A program made the position numbers and the translations under genes. Below are positions 25,725 to 37,618 of a stretch of 64,000 bases of DNA, piece by piece. This DNA comes from Sporopachydermia quercuum. Lineage: Eukaryota. Position 1 is the first letter of the stretch. Each line of letters starts with the position of its first letter. The notes beneath the pieces are model-generated. The model searched no databases, was not told the origin of the DNA, and was given only the letters and a program-made list of their open reading frames with translations. The stretch spans positions 744,001 through 808,000 of the forward strand of contig BCGN01000001.1 of assembly GCA_001599295.1 (NCBI GenBank), written 5' to 3'.

Positions 25725-26819
25725 TTATGTATCTCCCATTGTTACATCCTGATATATTTCTGTTGGTAATTTGGGACCATTTGCAGGGACATTTGTTGTT
25801 TCGGGTTCTTCTGTGGCATGACCCTCCGTACTTACAGCCTCATTTGTTGTTTTTTCAATAATCATGTCTTCATTGTTCTCGGTTGTCGTTTGTTTCTCCG
25901 AACCCTCTAAGGTTTCTTCTTCGTGAGAGTTAGTGTCTTCTTTGTTTTCCGGCTCTGGCTTTTCATCAGGCTTTATTCGTTGTTGTTCTGTAATACCTTT
26001 CCACTTTGGATGTTCCAATTCACATTTAGGACCTTTAGGGCAAAAACCTGTAAGGTATAATGGACAGAGTACTTTACGAACATGCTTTTTCACGCATTGA
26101 TCTCCCTTTGGACAGAATCCCGCATCGTAGTCCTCACATGCAGGAATCTTCGATAATGGATCTATATGAAGATATAAGCAATCTGGTGTCTGTGTACAGA
26201 ATCCATTCCTAGTTGATTATATTAGATTAACTTGTATGAGAGGTATAAAATGATTGATCAATTGAAAAGAATAATAGAACCACTTATACTTACTTCGAAA
26301 AAAATTGACATTCAGGCATTTTCCGTAGGTTGTACTCATGCAAAAATTCACAGTTATTACCTTTCTTGCATAGTCCTCGCAGCCAATGTTTACACACTAT
26401 TCTAAATTTACTGTTAGTTCCTTGATATCCTTCTTTCTATAGCCATATCGCTTCAATCGTGACACACTAAAAATGCCATACTAATTATTAATTGGTTTCT
26501 GACTGCTAACCCAATTAACTCTGATGGTAGGGACTTTACATACTTGTTGGAGTAATTTGGTATATTATGTTTATTAGGACATTCGTCGCCCAATGGGCAT
26601 TCGCCGTTCTGATAATAAGGACATACTGGCCGATCTATTCATATGTTAGTCAAGATTCTCAGTTCATATAAATTAATTACTAATTGTCTTTTTTAATCCA
26701 TTTCTCAGTTCTCGGTACTTACCGGGATCAAAACCAAATCGGAATTCTTTTCGTAGAAACGGTTCGAATTTCAGACCAAAGTGTGTTATATCAGGTCTGT
26801 ATATCGTTCTTGTTGACAT
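25725..26819 (-). CDS. YTH1: CPSF30/Yth1 CCCH zinc-finger cleavage and polyadenylation factor
   Basis: Exons 26819-26723, 26634-26544, 26401-26294 and 26208-25725. Spliced product has [53 protein letters not shown]. Confidence 0.95.
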
Positions 26820-27669
26820 GATGCTTCGATGACAATATTCTGTTCGACCTTCTTTCTCAAAATAGCTAAATCTTTCAGCTGTGATTCAACAGAGTACAGA
26901 TGCTGTTTTAGATAGCTGTTTGGTATCCTCAACAAGTACTGAACTATTATTTTACTTCCTCTACAAGCTTCCACTATCTTTATCTCCTATTCGTCTCGCT
27001 TCCGCACAACCTCAGACCTTCTATTAACTATAACACAAGAACTATCAGTCAGGGATCAATTAATAACATAATGAATGCTAGTATTGATTATTCATACATA
27101 AAAAGTCTCCCAAGATGAAAATATCTCATGCTTTGTGATTCTTTTACTGTTTCTTACACTAATCACCAAAACACATTTATTATTGCCTTCTATGATTTTG
27201 TTATTATCACAAAATCACTCCAAACACCTTATTACAAGTCTAAATTTACATTAGCCCTATTTTGGGACATTGTAGTTGATGTTGGTTCTTACCCCTTCTT
27301 CACTTACATGCAATCCATATAAGTCAGCAGTTAAATGATACTTACTTCAAAAGTTTCTATACAATACTGAATTGTATAAACAGTTATTTATAATAGTTAT
27401 TTTTTGGTATTATATTGTGATAAACTGTAATACCTGGAGTTATTCCTTAGATTCCTGGGTTTATTGGGGCAGATGAAGCCTTTTAGTGTTGAACGTTAAT
27501 AATGAAAGGAAGGAATCAAATATTCTGTTTATGTTAGTAAGGGAATATTGAATACAAAAGTCTGCTCTATTATTTGGGTAATCTTTACGATTTGATTCGT
27601 AGATACTTTATGACTCTGCGTTGAACTTTTGATTAGTTATCTTTGGATTCGAACTAGCAACGATTAGGA

Positions 27670-28846
27670 ATGAGTGAAATAAGGAAGAGTGTATGGAATG
27701 GATTGATTAACCTCAGAGTGATATTGTCACCAGAAGAGCTACTTGATCCTACAAATGTACAGGAATGCTATGTAAGTAGTGGAATATTTAATTATATTGA
27801 CGCGCTGAATATACAGAATAATTGTATGATGGTACTAACGTTGCATTTCAGCTCACAATTCCAAGAATTCATTATACACACAGTATTTTAGAAAGACTGG
27901 CAGTGTTTTTCAAACCGTTCCTCTATAATGCAAATGAGAAAAAATATAGTGACTGGTGGCTAGAGTTTGAGAATATGCCTATCAAATGGTAAGCGGAAAA
28001 TACTCCCATTCAATGATATGTTTATAGAAGCATATACTTAGTTAATCGGCTCAATACTAACCAACATCTTTCACAGGAACTGGCCCATAGGTTTACTGTT
28101 TGATCTGAACACAGCAAGTGAGTCATCAGGCGGAAAGCTCTCTATCCCTGATCATTGGACATTATTCCTTCATTGCCAGAATTATCCTAAAGATCATATT
28201 TTACAACGGGTTGATGACACGCTTTTTAGAAACTATTGGGTAAATCAAACTAAAGAAGCTTGTTACGTGATCCATAGGAATTGTAAACCTATAATGGGAT
28301 TATCCAAGAATGATTCCGAGTTAATGTGGGAAGGATTTAATGAACGTATGTTACTTTTATGATGGTCTAATTTCACCACATGCCTTGTTTAGGCGGTTCT
28401 CAATGACTGATTTAAAAAGGATCAAATATCTGTAATTGGATCTATGATTATACTATATTGACCGTTTTCTATCTTCTGAACTGACTGCTAACTGATATTA
28501 TGAAGACGATTTCAACAAATTCTGGAATGTTATGAGTAAACTACTTCCTTCTTCTTGTAATGGATACCATCATATTCCTGTAAAGCTTCATCTTCCAATG
28601 GCTAATGTTGTTATCCAAGCTCCGATTTCACCACTTCTAGATGGATCCCCAAGGTCTTTAGGGACTGCTTTGAATGAGCTTTCACCAGAGCTGTTCCCAA
28701 GCTCTCGAACTTGTATATATGCAAGACCAATCTTGCATGGCATAATAGTACCAATGAACGCTCCATTGTGGGAAATCTATTCGCAAATGGTCTATCCTGA
28801 TGGATTCATGCATATTTCGTTATCAATGATAGTCCGAAAAAAATAA
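27670..28846 (+). CDS. ATG5: Autophagy protein Atg5
   Basis: Exons 27670-27771, 27852-27988, 28077-28345 and 28506-28846. Motifs IRKSVWNG, PIKWNWPIGLLFD, NQTKEAC, HDFNKFW, YPDGFMHI. Confidence 0.93.
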
Positions 28847-28885
28847 TTCAAAGTAATATGTTCGTACAGCTTGACTTAACCTACA

Positions 28886-29974
28886 CTAACTTGCACTTCG
28901 GACCTTGAACACACCTTGCATCCAGATTCTGTACATCTTCAGTCGGCGTTGTCTGTTGACCAGCAACCGTCTATCTGTTGCAACCTTCTCTACAATGAAA
29001 TGTTTACTGAAGATCTCTTTCAGCTCATCTTCATCAAAAAAGTAAACTCGTGTGCCATCACCTCGAATATAAAAGTTTTCATCAAGCAGTCTATTCCTCT
29101 TGAATCTGACTTGAGTTAAATCATATCTTCCGTAGTCACGGAAAAGAATAGTTCCTCCTGGTTTAAGCAACTTCAACAGATTCTTCATTGCAGCGTCCCA
29201 TTGTTCTGGTGCTAAAGCACTGAAAACGAAAATCATAACTGCGATATCAACAGAATGTTCCTCTACACCTTCCGGTAATTCATTTTCTTTATTGGCTAAA
29301 TCCCAAACATATCCTTGGACCTTATTTCCTCCGTCGTATAACTCATGTGACTTCACTATATCAATAGCTCTAGGTGAGAAATCGGCTCCTATCACTGTCA
29401 ACTCTGGATTCTTGTTCTCTCTAATTATTGGGTACATGGTATTTCCAGCACCGCATCCTATCTCGAATATTGTCACATTACCAGCATCCGGATAGGTTGC
29501 TGCAAATAAGCTTGGAAACTCAATTTGCAACCATTTGCGATCTTTGAAGAAATTATCTCTGTTTGATTTATAAAACAGATCCCAGTATCGGGCTGGTTTC
29601 TCCATGTATGATTCTACAAACGTATCTTAGTTAGTACCTCCTAGCCGGACCAGCATCAGGAAACTAGAATATATTACTAATCAAAGCAAAACGTCAGCAA
29701 ACATACTTTTATCATTTTCATGTACTGGGCTTTCCCATTGTAATTTGATCTTTTCTTGCGCTTCAAGCTTTTGCTCTTCTCCCCATTCAACATGATCCCA
29801 TGCATTGAAGTTCCAGACTTCGTCCTCTCCTTCTTTCAGATATCGAGTGCCAAATGTGAAAGGATCGTCTCTTCCCAGCCGTGATTCCAACGGTGGTTTT
29901 AGTGATTTGTCAATCACTTGTTGTTCCATCTCCTTTTTAGCCACTTCTTCTATTTCGTTGAGCTTCTCTGGCAT
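28886..29974 (-). CDS. TRM140: tRNA m3C32 methyltransferase (Trm140/METTL2 family), no long N-terminal extension
   Basis: Exon 1 29974-29707, intron 29706-29614, exon 2 29613-28886. Motifs NAWDHVEW, FFKDRKWL, EIGCGAGN, FRDYGRYD, DRRLLVNR..LKMYR. Confidence 0.95.
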
Positions 29975-31329
29975 TGTGAATATATCGCTGATATGCTGCG
30001 ATTGGTTTCCAGTATAAGCTTGCTTGCTCTAATTTTTCAACTTTCTAAACTTTCTTCCAGCGCATCCAAATTACTTCATTTGACGTAAAGATAATTTTCA
30101 GAATAAAATAATATATTACACTACCATTGGTTAATGAATTGGTTTACTCTATTATCATCTGAATACTATTCTCCTTTCCTATAAATTTCTGATTCATTCC
30201 TTCCAAACAAAAAGTTTTTCAGTTATGATGAGACGGGAAGTACCTTTTTTGCATAGAGTTCGACATATGATAAATCTAATCTATTTGTCTAGTTGCGAAA
30301 GCATGCAGTAAACCTTATTTATTGATACTTATTATTGAACAGTCAAATTGATAGCGCTGTTGAGAGATCGATATAGAACTAGAAATGATTCCTGAACCAA
30401 CAAGCCATCTGAAGTGTTCAAAAATGAAATACGTCGTCTACTGAGCACAGTTGCTTATTTTTATAATTGTTTCAGAAGCGTAGTCTTATATATGTTTCAA
30501 TTGATGTAATACTAAGGTTGCCAACTTTCTGATCCTTTGTCTCAAGAACTCAATAAAATTTCTCCCTTCATGAGAAGGCTTTTTGGCTCAACAGCAAAAC
30601 CATACAATAGGACTCAGAACGTTCTGTGAATCTACTAGATTGGATGATTATGTGACTATTTGATGCCCCCTTGTATCTAGCTATCTTTCGTTTTAATAGT
30701 ACTTCGCTAATAATTTTGTCACTGTTCTATTTTTAAATAATAAGGTTTACGAGCTGCTGGCCCACAAACTTGTGCTTACTTAAGGGAATAATTAACTCAC
30801 GATTTATGCACGGAACTTTCTAATTTCCAGATACAGATTTAAGGTTTCTTTCCCCATATTGACAACCAGCCATTTTAACTAAGAAATAAGGATGATCCAG
30901 CCTTTTCACATAATTATAACGTAGATCACGGTTGGAATCCTACTAACGCGGAAAATATGAGGATTCTCAACCTGCAACTCGCGATGACTATGCTTGCTAT
31001 AATTACTGAATTAGGGATAATCATTTTGGATCAAGATCGAACTATCAATAAAAACTTCTCGATGTCGCTTTCTCCCGCTGTCCTTCCTTCTTTACAATGC
31101 ATCCAACGATAATTAAAGAGAGATAGATCGAGCGTTCTTTATTTCTATACTTGATTGATATATTCTAGCCGCGATTATTTCTACTCTGTTTTACTATTCA
31201 AAGGTGTAAACACAGAACGAATACTTATTGGATTTGATTGTTCGACAAATTCATTTCGTTACCTTAAACAACTTCAGCGCAGTGACCGAGAATAAACAAG
31301 AAAAGTTCCATTTCTCTCCAGCAAACAAA

Positions 31330-32676
31330 ATGAGTCTGTCAGATTTGGCAAAATCGAATCTACTGAATTGGCAGAAAAGCGCTCGCCAAACAGGACACGA
31401 TCAGGAGAATTATGGCTGGCGTGCTCAATCGTTATATGTGCCTAAGAGAAGTTTACCTGCGTTACCTACAACACATCATATCTTAAACTGTGGTGATCTG
31501 CAGTTCATTGAACAGAAGGAGGGTACTCACAATCGCTCAACAAATCCAGATTCAACAGCATCTTCATTCTCAACAAAAAGAGCTGTGAGCTATACTAATC
31601 CTTATGAATTCGTAAGTCAGCGTACTGTTGATGAATATAATATGTCGGATGACAACTGTATGATATGTCAAGATGAAGAAGATGAGGGATATGAAAGTGA
31701 TCGTGATAAAAGCTTTGATTATTGCCATTCTACTAGGCCCAATCGTGAAAGGAGAAGATATGTGTCAATGATGGATACGAGTAACAGTTTTAGTGATAGC
31801 ACTATTAGTTACAACTATCAATTACAACGTCATAGAGATCTTCCTCCATTGCCTACTTTTTCTTCATATAACAATTTCAATAACTCTATCACTCACGACC
31901 TTGACTTGGACTCCTGCTCAATGTCATTATATTATCCATGCAATGAAATAAGAGTGCCAGCAGTCTTCGTTTCTCCGAAAACGTTCAATGGCGCAGCCAA
32001 ATCCTGTGGCGCACAACTACCTTCACCATGTTCTTCTCCAGAACCATTTAAATCTAAAGCGAAATTCAGCAAGGAGAGTAGCAAGAATCAGAAATCAGAA
32101 CTTCATCCAATTGAAATATTGGCTAAAACTGCAAAACCTGTGGTCCAAGTTCACATTGAAAAGAATGATGATTTCCTACCAAATAAGAGGGCCTCTATTT
32201 TATATCCTAGAAGAAAAAGAGCCACAGGAAAACCAACTGGAGAATACAGGAAGGATCCCTTTGTAGTCAATCACAGGACTTTGAGTAATGCTAGTTCTTC
32301 AAGCTATAGTTCAACAGCTAGTCGAAGTTCTAGATCTACTGATTTATCGTCGATAGATTTAAACAATATCATCCCACCAACTGTGCCTGAACATGTTTGC
32401 ATCGATACGTCAAATGAATGGACCATTGAAGATGCCAACTCAAAAGAAGATGAGGGTGAAGATGCAATCATGAAAAGTCATAACTATACAAGAGCGTGTT
32501 CATTTCGAAGGAAATCAGAAGAAGATATGAAGAAGAAAAGTAACTCGATTCCTGATATCAAAGAAGAGTCAGAATCACCAACTGACATTGCATATCTCAG
32601 AAGAAAAGGTGTACCATTGTTTGTATTACCTGGTTATGAGGAAGAGAGAACAGTATTACAAGTTGCAAATTTTTAG
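31330..32676 (+). CDS. Hypothetical low-complexity protein with proline-rich motifs
   Basis: 448-codon ORF from the first ATG. S-rich, with KRSLPALP and RDLPPLP motifs. Confidence 0.7.
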   Translation: MSLSDLAKSNLLNWQKSARQTGHDQENYGWRAQSLYVPKRSLPALPTTHHILNCGDLQFIEQKEGTHNRSTNPDSTASSFSTKRAVSYTNPYEFVSQRTVDEYNMSDDNCMICQDEEDEGYESDRDKSFDYCHSTRPNRERRRYVSMMDTSNSFSDSTISYNYQLQRHRDLPPLPTFSSYNNFNNSITHDLDLDSCSMSLYYPCNEIRVPAVFVSPKTFNGAAKSCGAQLPSPCSSPEPFKSKAKFSKESSKNQKSELHPIEILAKTAKPVVQVHIEKNDDFLPNKRASILYPRRKRATGKPTGEYRKDPFVVNHRTLSNASSSSYSSTASRSSRSTDLSSIDLNNIIPPTVPEHVCIDTSNEWTIEDANSKEDEGEDAIMKSHNYTRACSFRRKSEEDMKKKSNSIPDIKEESESPTDIAYLRRKGVPLFVLPGYEEERTVLQVANF

Positions 32677-33495
32677 TCAGTTAGTTGCTTTAATGCTTGT
32701 CTTTTCTTATTTCTTGTCTTTTCTCATTCATATTGTTATCTTCTGTTACATCACCCTACATTACGTTGCGTTGCCTTACATTATGTAATATATTATACTA
32801 GATTAATTTCCAGTACTGCTATAGAAATAGCATGCGCCTCGGACCTCTTTATTAAGGTCTGTTTTCACTTTGCATTAAAGTCATAATATAGTTACTACTA
32901 TTATGAATATTATTGGGGTTTTATTATTTAGCGCTTTCAGAAGTAATTTGGTATTTCATTCACTTGACAAGTCCGTGCTATATGTGTTTATAAGTTAGAA
33001 TAAAGGTTTGTATACCAAATACATATTCATCTTTCTCTGTAGAGTTTTCAGCTTTGATCGTTACAATAATTAATAGTTTGGAGATTTGAAATGTAATTCT
33101 TGAAACGAACATTACTGAAATGGAATAAAATTAATACTATTGTAATTATACTAATTACAGAAATAGTACCAATTTCTCCCAGTAATGGCAGATAAAGAAT
33201 CATATGGTAAACTTGATCTGGGGAATGATTTATATTGATGAGTTCATAGAAACATTGTTGTTAAGAAACAACAAAAAAAAAACATCAGTATATACTATTG
33301 ATTATCTGTCAGTGGCAGATAATCAAGTACAACTATTTATTCATTCCCGGTAACTTACTAATCTTTTGTGTCTAGAGTAAGAATTAATGTGCATAGCAAA
33401 CATAAGTACTGTTATGAAGTAATTAATTGTTTAAAGGTTGATTGATTGGCTGAATCGCACATTGGGTATTATACTTATTTTACTGTTTCTGTTCC

Positions 33496-36303
33496 TTAAG
33501 TTCTTTGATGGAGTCTCGCTGCTTTGAATCTGCTGATCTTGATTTGATCAGCATTTTCGTCGATAGGAACAAATTCTTTCTCTTCGTCTGTTTTCTTAAA
33601 TCCTCCTGTCTCTGCAAGCATTCTTTCTCGTAATCTATGATATTCAACCGCAACAGACTTCCGCAATATATATGGGTCTAATTCATCAACTTCTGGCGGG
33701 ATTAAATTATCTTCTATTTCATTTTCTATGACTTCTGAAATCACGCTAATTTTCTCTGCTACTTTTATTTCATCTGCACCTGTTGTCCATATTTCTTCCT
33801 CCTTTTCTTCATCCTTTGTCATTTCAAGGTACTCATCTGCTTGATTCATCATTTCTTCTACAGAGTCAATTACTCTTTCACCAGGATCGATATCATCATC
33901 ATAAACTCCAAGAGTATAAGCTTGAGCCATTAAATCCATGTCATCATTCATACAGCTAAAATCTGCTTGCACAGTAGGATATTCAGTCTTTTCATTGGCA
34001 TTACTATCTCTAGATCGGCTGGTTCGTTGTACATTTATTTTGGGGATGGAGATAGAGTCAGCATGGTCCAAATGTTCGCTCGCCGTCCCATTGATAATGT
34101 CTTGGTTAACACTCTGATGATCTCTATCATCGGCTTCTCCTTGCTTTTGTTGTTTTTCAGGCTGTGGTTCATTTTCGTTATTCATGCATTGAGCTTTGAA
34201 GCGTAATACTTTTGATTTAACACCTGTCGTGTCAGATGAAATGATTAGTGTCTTTTCAACAATAGGCTCCATATTAACGATTTCTAGTGGCTTTGACAGA
34301 GAATGGAGATCACTAGGTGGTCGGATAGTAACAGCATGATTCTCCTCCAGCTGTGCTTTGAACCTCGACATCCTTCTTGGCATCTCAGTAATAGTAGTGT
34401 CCATAGGTGTTGATTTTGATATTGGTTGAAAATCAGCTGACTCTCTAATAGAAAAAGCCACTGGGTTCTCAACTAGCTTTGATGGCCTCTCATATTCAGC
34501 TGATTCACCAACAATACCAGTAACAACACCATCAGCATCAGGGCCAAAACATTCTTTTGTGGTAGACTTCAAAGATTCTGGCCGCGAAAAATGATTCCTA
34601 CGTGATTCCTGCAGCCTTGATCTGAAAACTGAAACTTTCCTATAATCTTCATCTTCGGATTCTCCATCGCCCTCATAATATTCGGGTTCTTCGATTTCCT
34701 TAATCTCTAATGATCCACTGAAATGGACTTTCCTACTTGTATTGTCTTTAGTAGTAATCTTTGAGGACTTAGAAATAAGACTGCTTTTCATCCCTGCTGT
34801 CTCAGTTGATTTTTCCTCGTTTTCTCCGTTATTATTATCTTCAACTTCGTCACTGGGAATAGATTGTTCCGTTATATATACAGGATCAATGACTCGGTTT
34901 CCTTTCTTCTGAGCAATTTTTTGTCTCATTTCTCTGATCTGTTCCCAAAAATGATCAGCTGCCCGTGACCTATTAGGCAACATAGTAGCTTTGGAAACAG
35001 TTTGTTCTACTACATCTTCATTTATATCGTTTTCAATATTAGCAAAATTATATTCTTCATCGGAATCGCTTATGTTTAGTTGAGCATTGAACCTTTCAAA
35101 GTCAAACTCTAAATCTTCTTCGTTATTAGCGACATCGTCAATCGTCTTTTCATTAGCAGCATTATCGCTATCTTCATCATTATTATCATCGTCTTCATCA
35201 TTACAGAAGTCCTCAGCTATCATTTCTAGTTGTAATAAGTCATCTTTACGAAGATCAAGGCTTGAATCTGGGTATAGTGGATTTTGAAAGGTGTGTTCAT
35301 CTACTATTACATTTTCTCCTCCTTCTTGTTCAAGGAGTTCTTCTACTGCTTCCTCTTTTTGAATATCACTTGGTTGTTCTCTGATAGCACTAGTGGTATG
35401 TTCTTCAGTAGCATTTTCCTTTTTCTGTTCCTTGGTTCCCAATTCATTAAATTCACTAAAAGTATCTCTCTCAAAAGTGTCCCTAGTTACCAAATTCGAA
35501 GGACCTCCTATCCTGGGTATTGGATGAGTGTCATCGGCGAGGGAACCGTTCTTGAGAGGTGTTGCTTCATTAGGTTCACTATATTTTGCTGTTTCCTCTT
35601 TTTCGTTTTGAGTTTCCTCCATAATCTCTATTTTGGGTTTAAGAGCTCGTGCTTCAGAATGAATGCTCTGAGGCTCAGTTTCCGACACCTGCTCTTCTGG
35701 TATATTACTCTTCTTTGCACTAGAATTCTGACTTCTCTCGGGTAAAATAGAATCGAGTTTATCTTCACCCTCCGTAAACTTGTGGATGAAAGATGCAATT
35801 TTTGAAGGTTTCTGAGGGACAACCGAAGAGCTTATAACATTTCCATCATCATCAAGTTCTTCACGAATATCCATCAATGGGAATCCTTCACTTTCATCTC
35901 CCTCTGCAGCCTGTTGATCTTCTTCTAAACTGTCTAATTCTCTCAACGTACTTTCTGAAAGCTCTTTTTGACCTTTTAGTGAATCCAAAGTTGATTGAAT
36001 GAATTTCAATCTTTCCTCAATTATCTCTATTACTTTTGTCGGTGCTATTTCCGAAGTATTCTGAATTTCTAACAGAGCAGAGAACTTGCTAACATCGACT
36101 CGAATTGCTTCACCTAATTTATTCAAGTTCACATTCTTGTCCATGCTTAGGCCAAAAGCTACTAAAATACGAGTTTTCAAAAGCTCATATTTATTTTGAT
36201 GATCCATGAATTCTCCTGTTCTACTATTGATCTCTTCCAAGTTTGACCTAAGTCTAACCTTGATATTATTGAACGGATCACTTGATTCATCTTGGGTACT
36301 CAT
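33496..36303 (-). CDS. BUD27: Unconventional prefoldin Bud27/URI
   Basis: N-terminal coiled coil, GFPLMDIREELDDDGNVISS motif, acidic middle, repeated SRFKA motifs and C-terminal KISRFKAARL. Confidence 0.85.
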   Translation of the reverse strand: MSTQDESSDPFNNIKVRLRSNLEEINSRTGEFMDHQNKYELLKTRILVAFGLSMDKNVNLNKLGEAIRVDVSKFSALLEIQNTSEIAPTKVIEIIEERLKFIQSTLDSLKGQKELSESTLRELDSLEEDQQAAEGDESEGFPLMDIREELDDDGNVISSSVVPQKPSKIASFIHKFTEGEDKLDSILPERSQNSSAKKSNIPEEQVSETEPQSIHSEARALKPKIEIMEETQNEKEETAKYSEPNEATPLKNGSLADDTHPIPRIGGPSNLVTRDTFERDTFSEFNELGTKEQKKENATEEHTTSAIREQPSDIQKEEAVEELLEQEGGENVIVDEHTFQNPLYPDSSLDLRKDDLLQLEMIAEDFCNDEDDDNNDEDSDNAANEKTIDDVANNEEDLEFDFERFNAQLNISDSDEEYNFANIENDINEDVVEQTVSKATMLPNRSRAADHFWEQIREMRQKIAQKKGNRVIDPVYITEQSIPSDEVEDNNNGENEEKSTETAGMKSSLISKSSKITTKDNTSRKVHFSGSLEIKEIEEPEYYEGDGESEDEDYRKVSVFRSRLQESRRNHFSRPESLKSTTKECFGPDADGVVTGIVGESAEYERPSKLVENPVAFSIRESADFQPISKSTPMDTTITEMPRRMSRFKAQLEENHAVTIRPPSDLHSLSKPLEIVNMEPIVEKTLIISSDTTGVKSKVLRFKAQCMNNENEPQPEKQQKQGEADDRDHQSVNQDIINGTASEHLDHADSISIPKINVQRTSRSRDSNANEKTEYPTVQADFSCMNDDMDLMAQAYTLGVYDDDIDPGERVIDSVEEMMNQADEYLEMTKDEEKEEEIWTTGADEIKVAEKISVISEVIENEIEDNLIPPEVDELDPYILRKSVAVEYHRLRERMLAETGGFKKTDEEKEFVPIDENADQIKISRFKAARLHQRT

Positions 36304-37001
36304 TATAAATCATACAATCAATTAAACACACCAATTTCCTTTCCAGGTACCTCAAAATCCAAGTTTCCTTCTTTTTGGTTATATGAATCTCTACTATTTC
36401 TTTATACTTTCAACAAGAACAAGTCACACTTCTATCTTTCCCTCAAAGTGTACATATAGAAAGAATACTTTTTTACCTTTCGCTATGGCATATGAAAATT
36501 GTTAAAAAATGGGGGGGTTCAGAAGATAGTAACTAATGTCTTAAGAACTGCTTCTCCTATAGGAATGAATGAAGGCTTCTTCAACGAGAATACGTCAATT
36601 ATAATAAATTAACTAAATAAAGGAAGAATTTTAAGTATTATTACTTATTTCTGTACTTCAAGTAAGAATTGTATAATGAATTCAAACAGGAAATCCATTT
36701 ATCCTCAACAGAACACGTCCTCTTTACTACCATAAGAACATTGCATCTCATCATGATTGGCATATTATGTCTCATGTCAGGTGTTTTGCCACTTGTTTGG
36801 GTTACTCAAGTTGGAAATTGACTTTTTGCCTTAATAAGCAAATACAATACATTAAATTTACAGGAGCAAAGTATCTCCTGTTTAATAAGCAACTATCAAT
36901 TATAGATACATGATAGTTGAGGGTTTGACGGTTTGATTGGTATTAAAGAAGTTTGAGAAGTTTATTAAATATCAAAAGCAGGAAGAGCGCTATGGTTCAA
37001 A

Positions 37002-37506
37002 ATGGCCCCATCTGAATTGCAAATTAAAACGTCAGTTGTGTCACGACTGATAAAAGAGGAAAAGTATTATCACGAAGAAGTGAAGGAACATGAAGAATCA
37101 ATTGAATCTATGAAAAAGAATAATGCGGACGAGTATGAAATCAAGAAAATGGTATGTTATCCTAGAAGTTTATATTCATTGGGGTTGTATGTAATATTTG
37201 GAGTTGTTATTAACAAGATTGCAATTTGAAGATTGAAGTGTTAGAGGACACTAAGAAAATGATCCCGGAGTTAAGGAAAAAGATCAAGACTGCAGCTGAA
37301 GGACTGCAAACCGCAATTGTAAGTATATCTAAGCTTTTTGATGGAACGGTATTTCATTGTTTTTAGTTCTATCATGGCAGTATCTGGTTCATCGAGAGTT
37401 ATAGACTGATACTAACTTGCCGGTTTATAAGATTAGTACAACTGAGGACACCACTGAAGCTAAGAGTGTTCTTGCTCAAGCAGAACCTTTTCTCAATGGC
37501 ATATAA
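37002..37506 (+). CDS. RBL2: Tubulin-folding cofactor A
   Basis: Exons 37002-37151, 37232-37318 and 37432-37506, both introns ending in AAG. Product MAPSELQIK..RLIKEE..DEYEIKKMIEVLEDTKKMIP..TEAKSVLAQA. Confidence 0.9.
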
Positions 37507-37618
37507 TCTGCGATTTTCATGTGAATATTATTAGTCCGAGTCTTCTTATGTAAAATAGGAGGAATTATGTTCAATCTATGTCTTATATGATTTATCACTG
37601 TTTTCTTTTGAGAGCCTG

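Noticed and set aside
26755..26780. tRNA T-loop-like GGTTCGAAT
   Set aside because: Lies inside YTH1 exon 1 with no cloverleaf. No tRNA or rRNA gene was found in the window.
28392..28484. Box C/D snoRNA in ATG5 intron 3
   Set aside because: A CTGA and a weak terminal stem are present, but box C is imperfect and I could not match the guide to rRNA or snRNA.
18700..28980. Alternative CUG decoding (Ser or Ala)
   Set aside because: CTG occurs at conserved Leu positions: SLC1 FHLA, ATG5 PIGLLFDL, TRM140 RRLLV and LKMYR.
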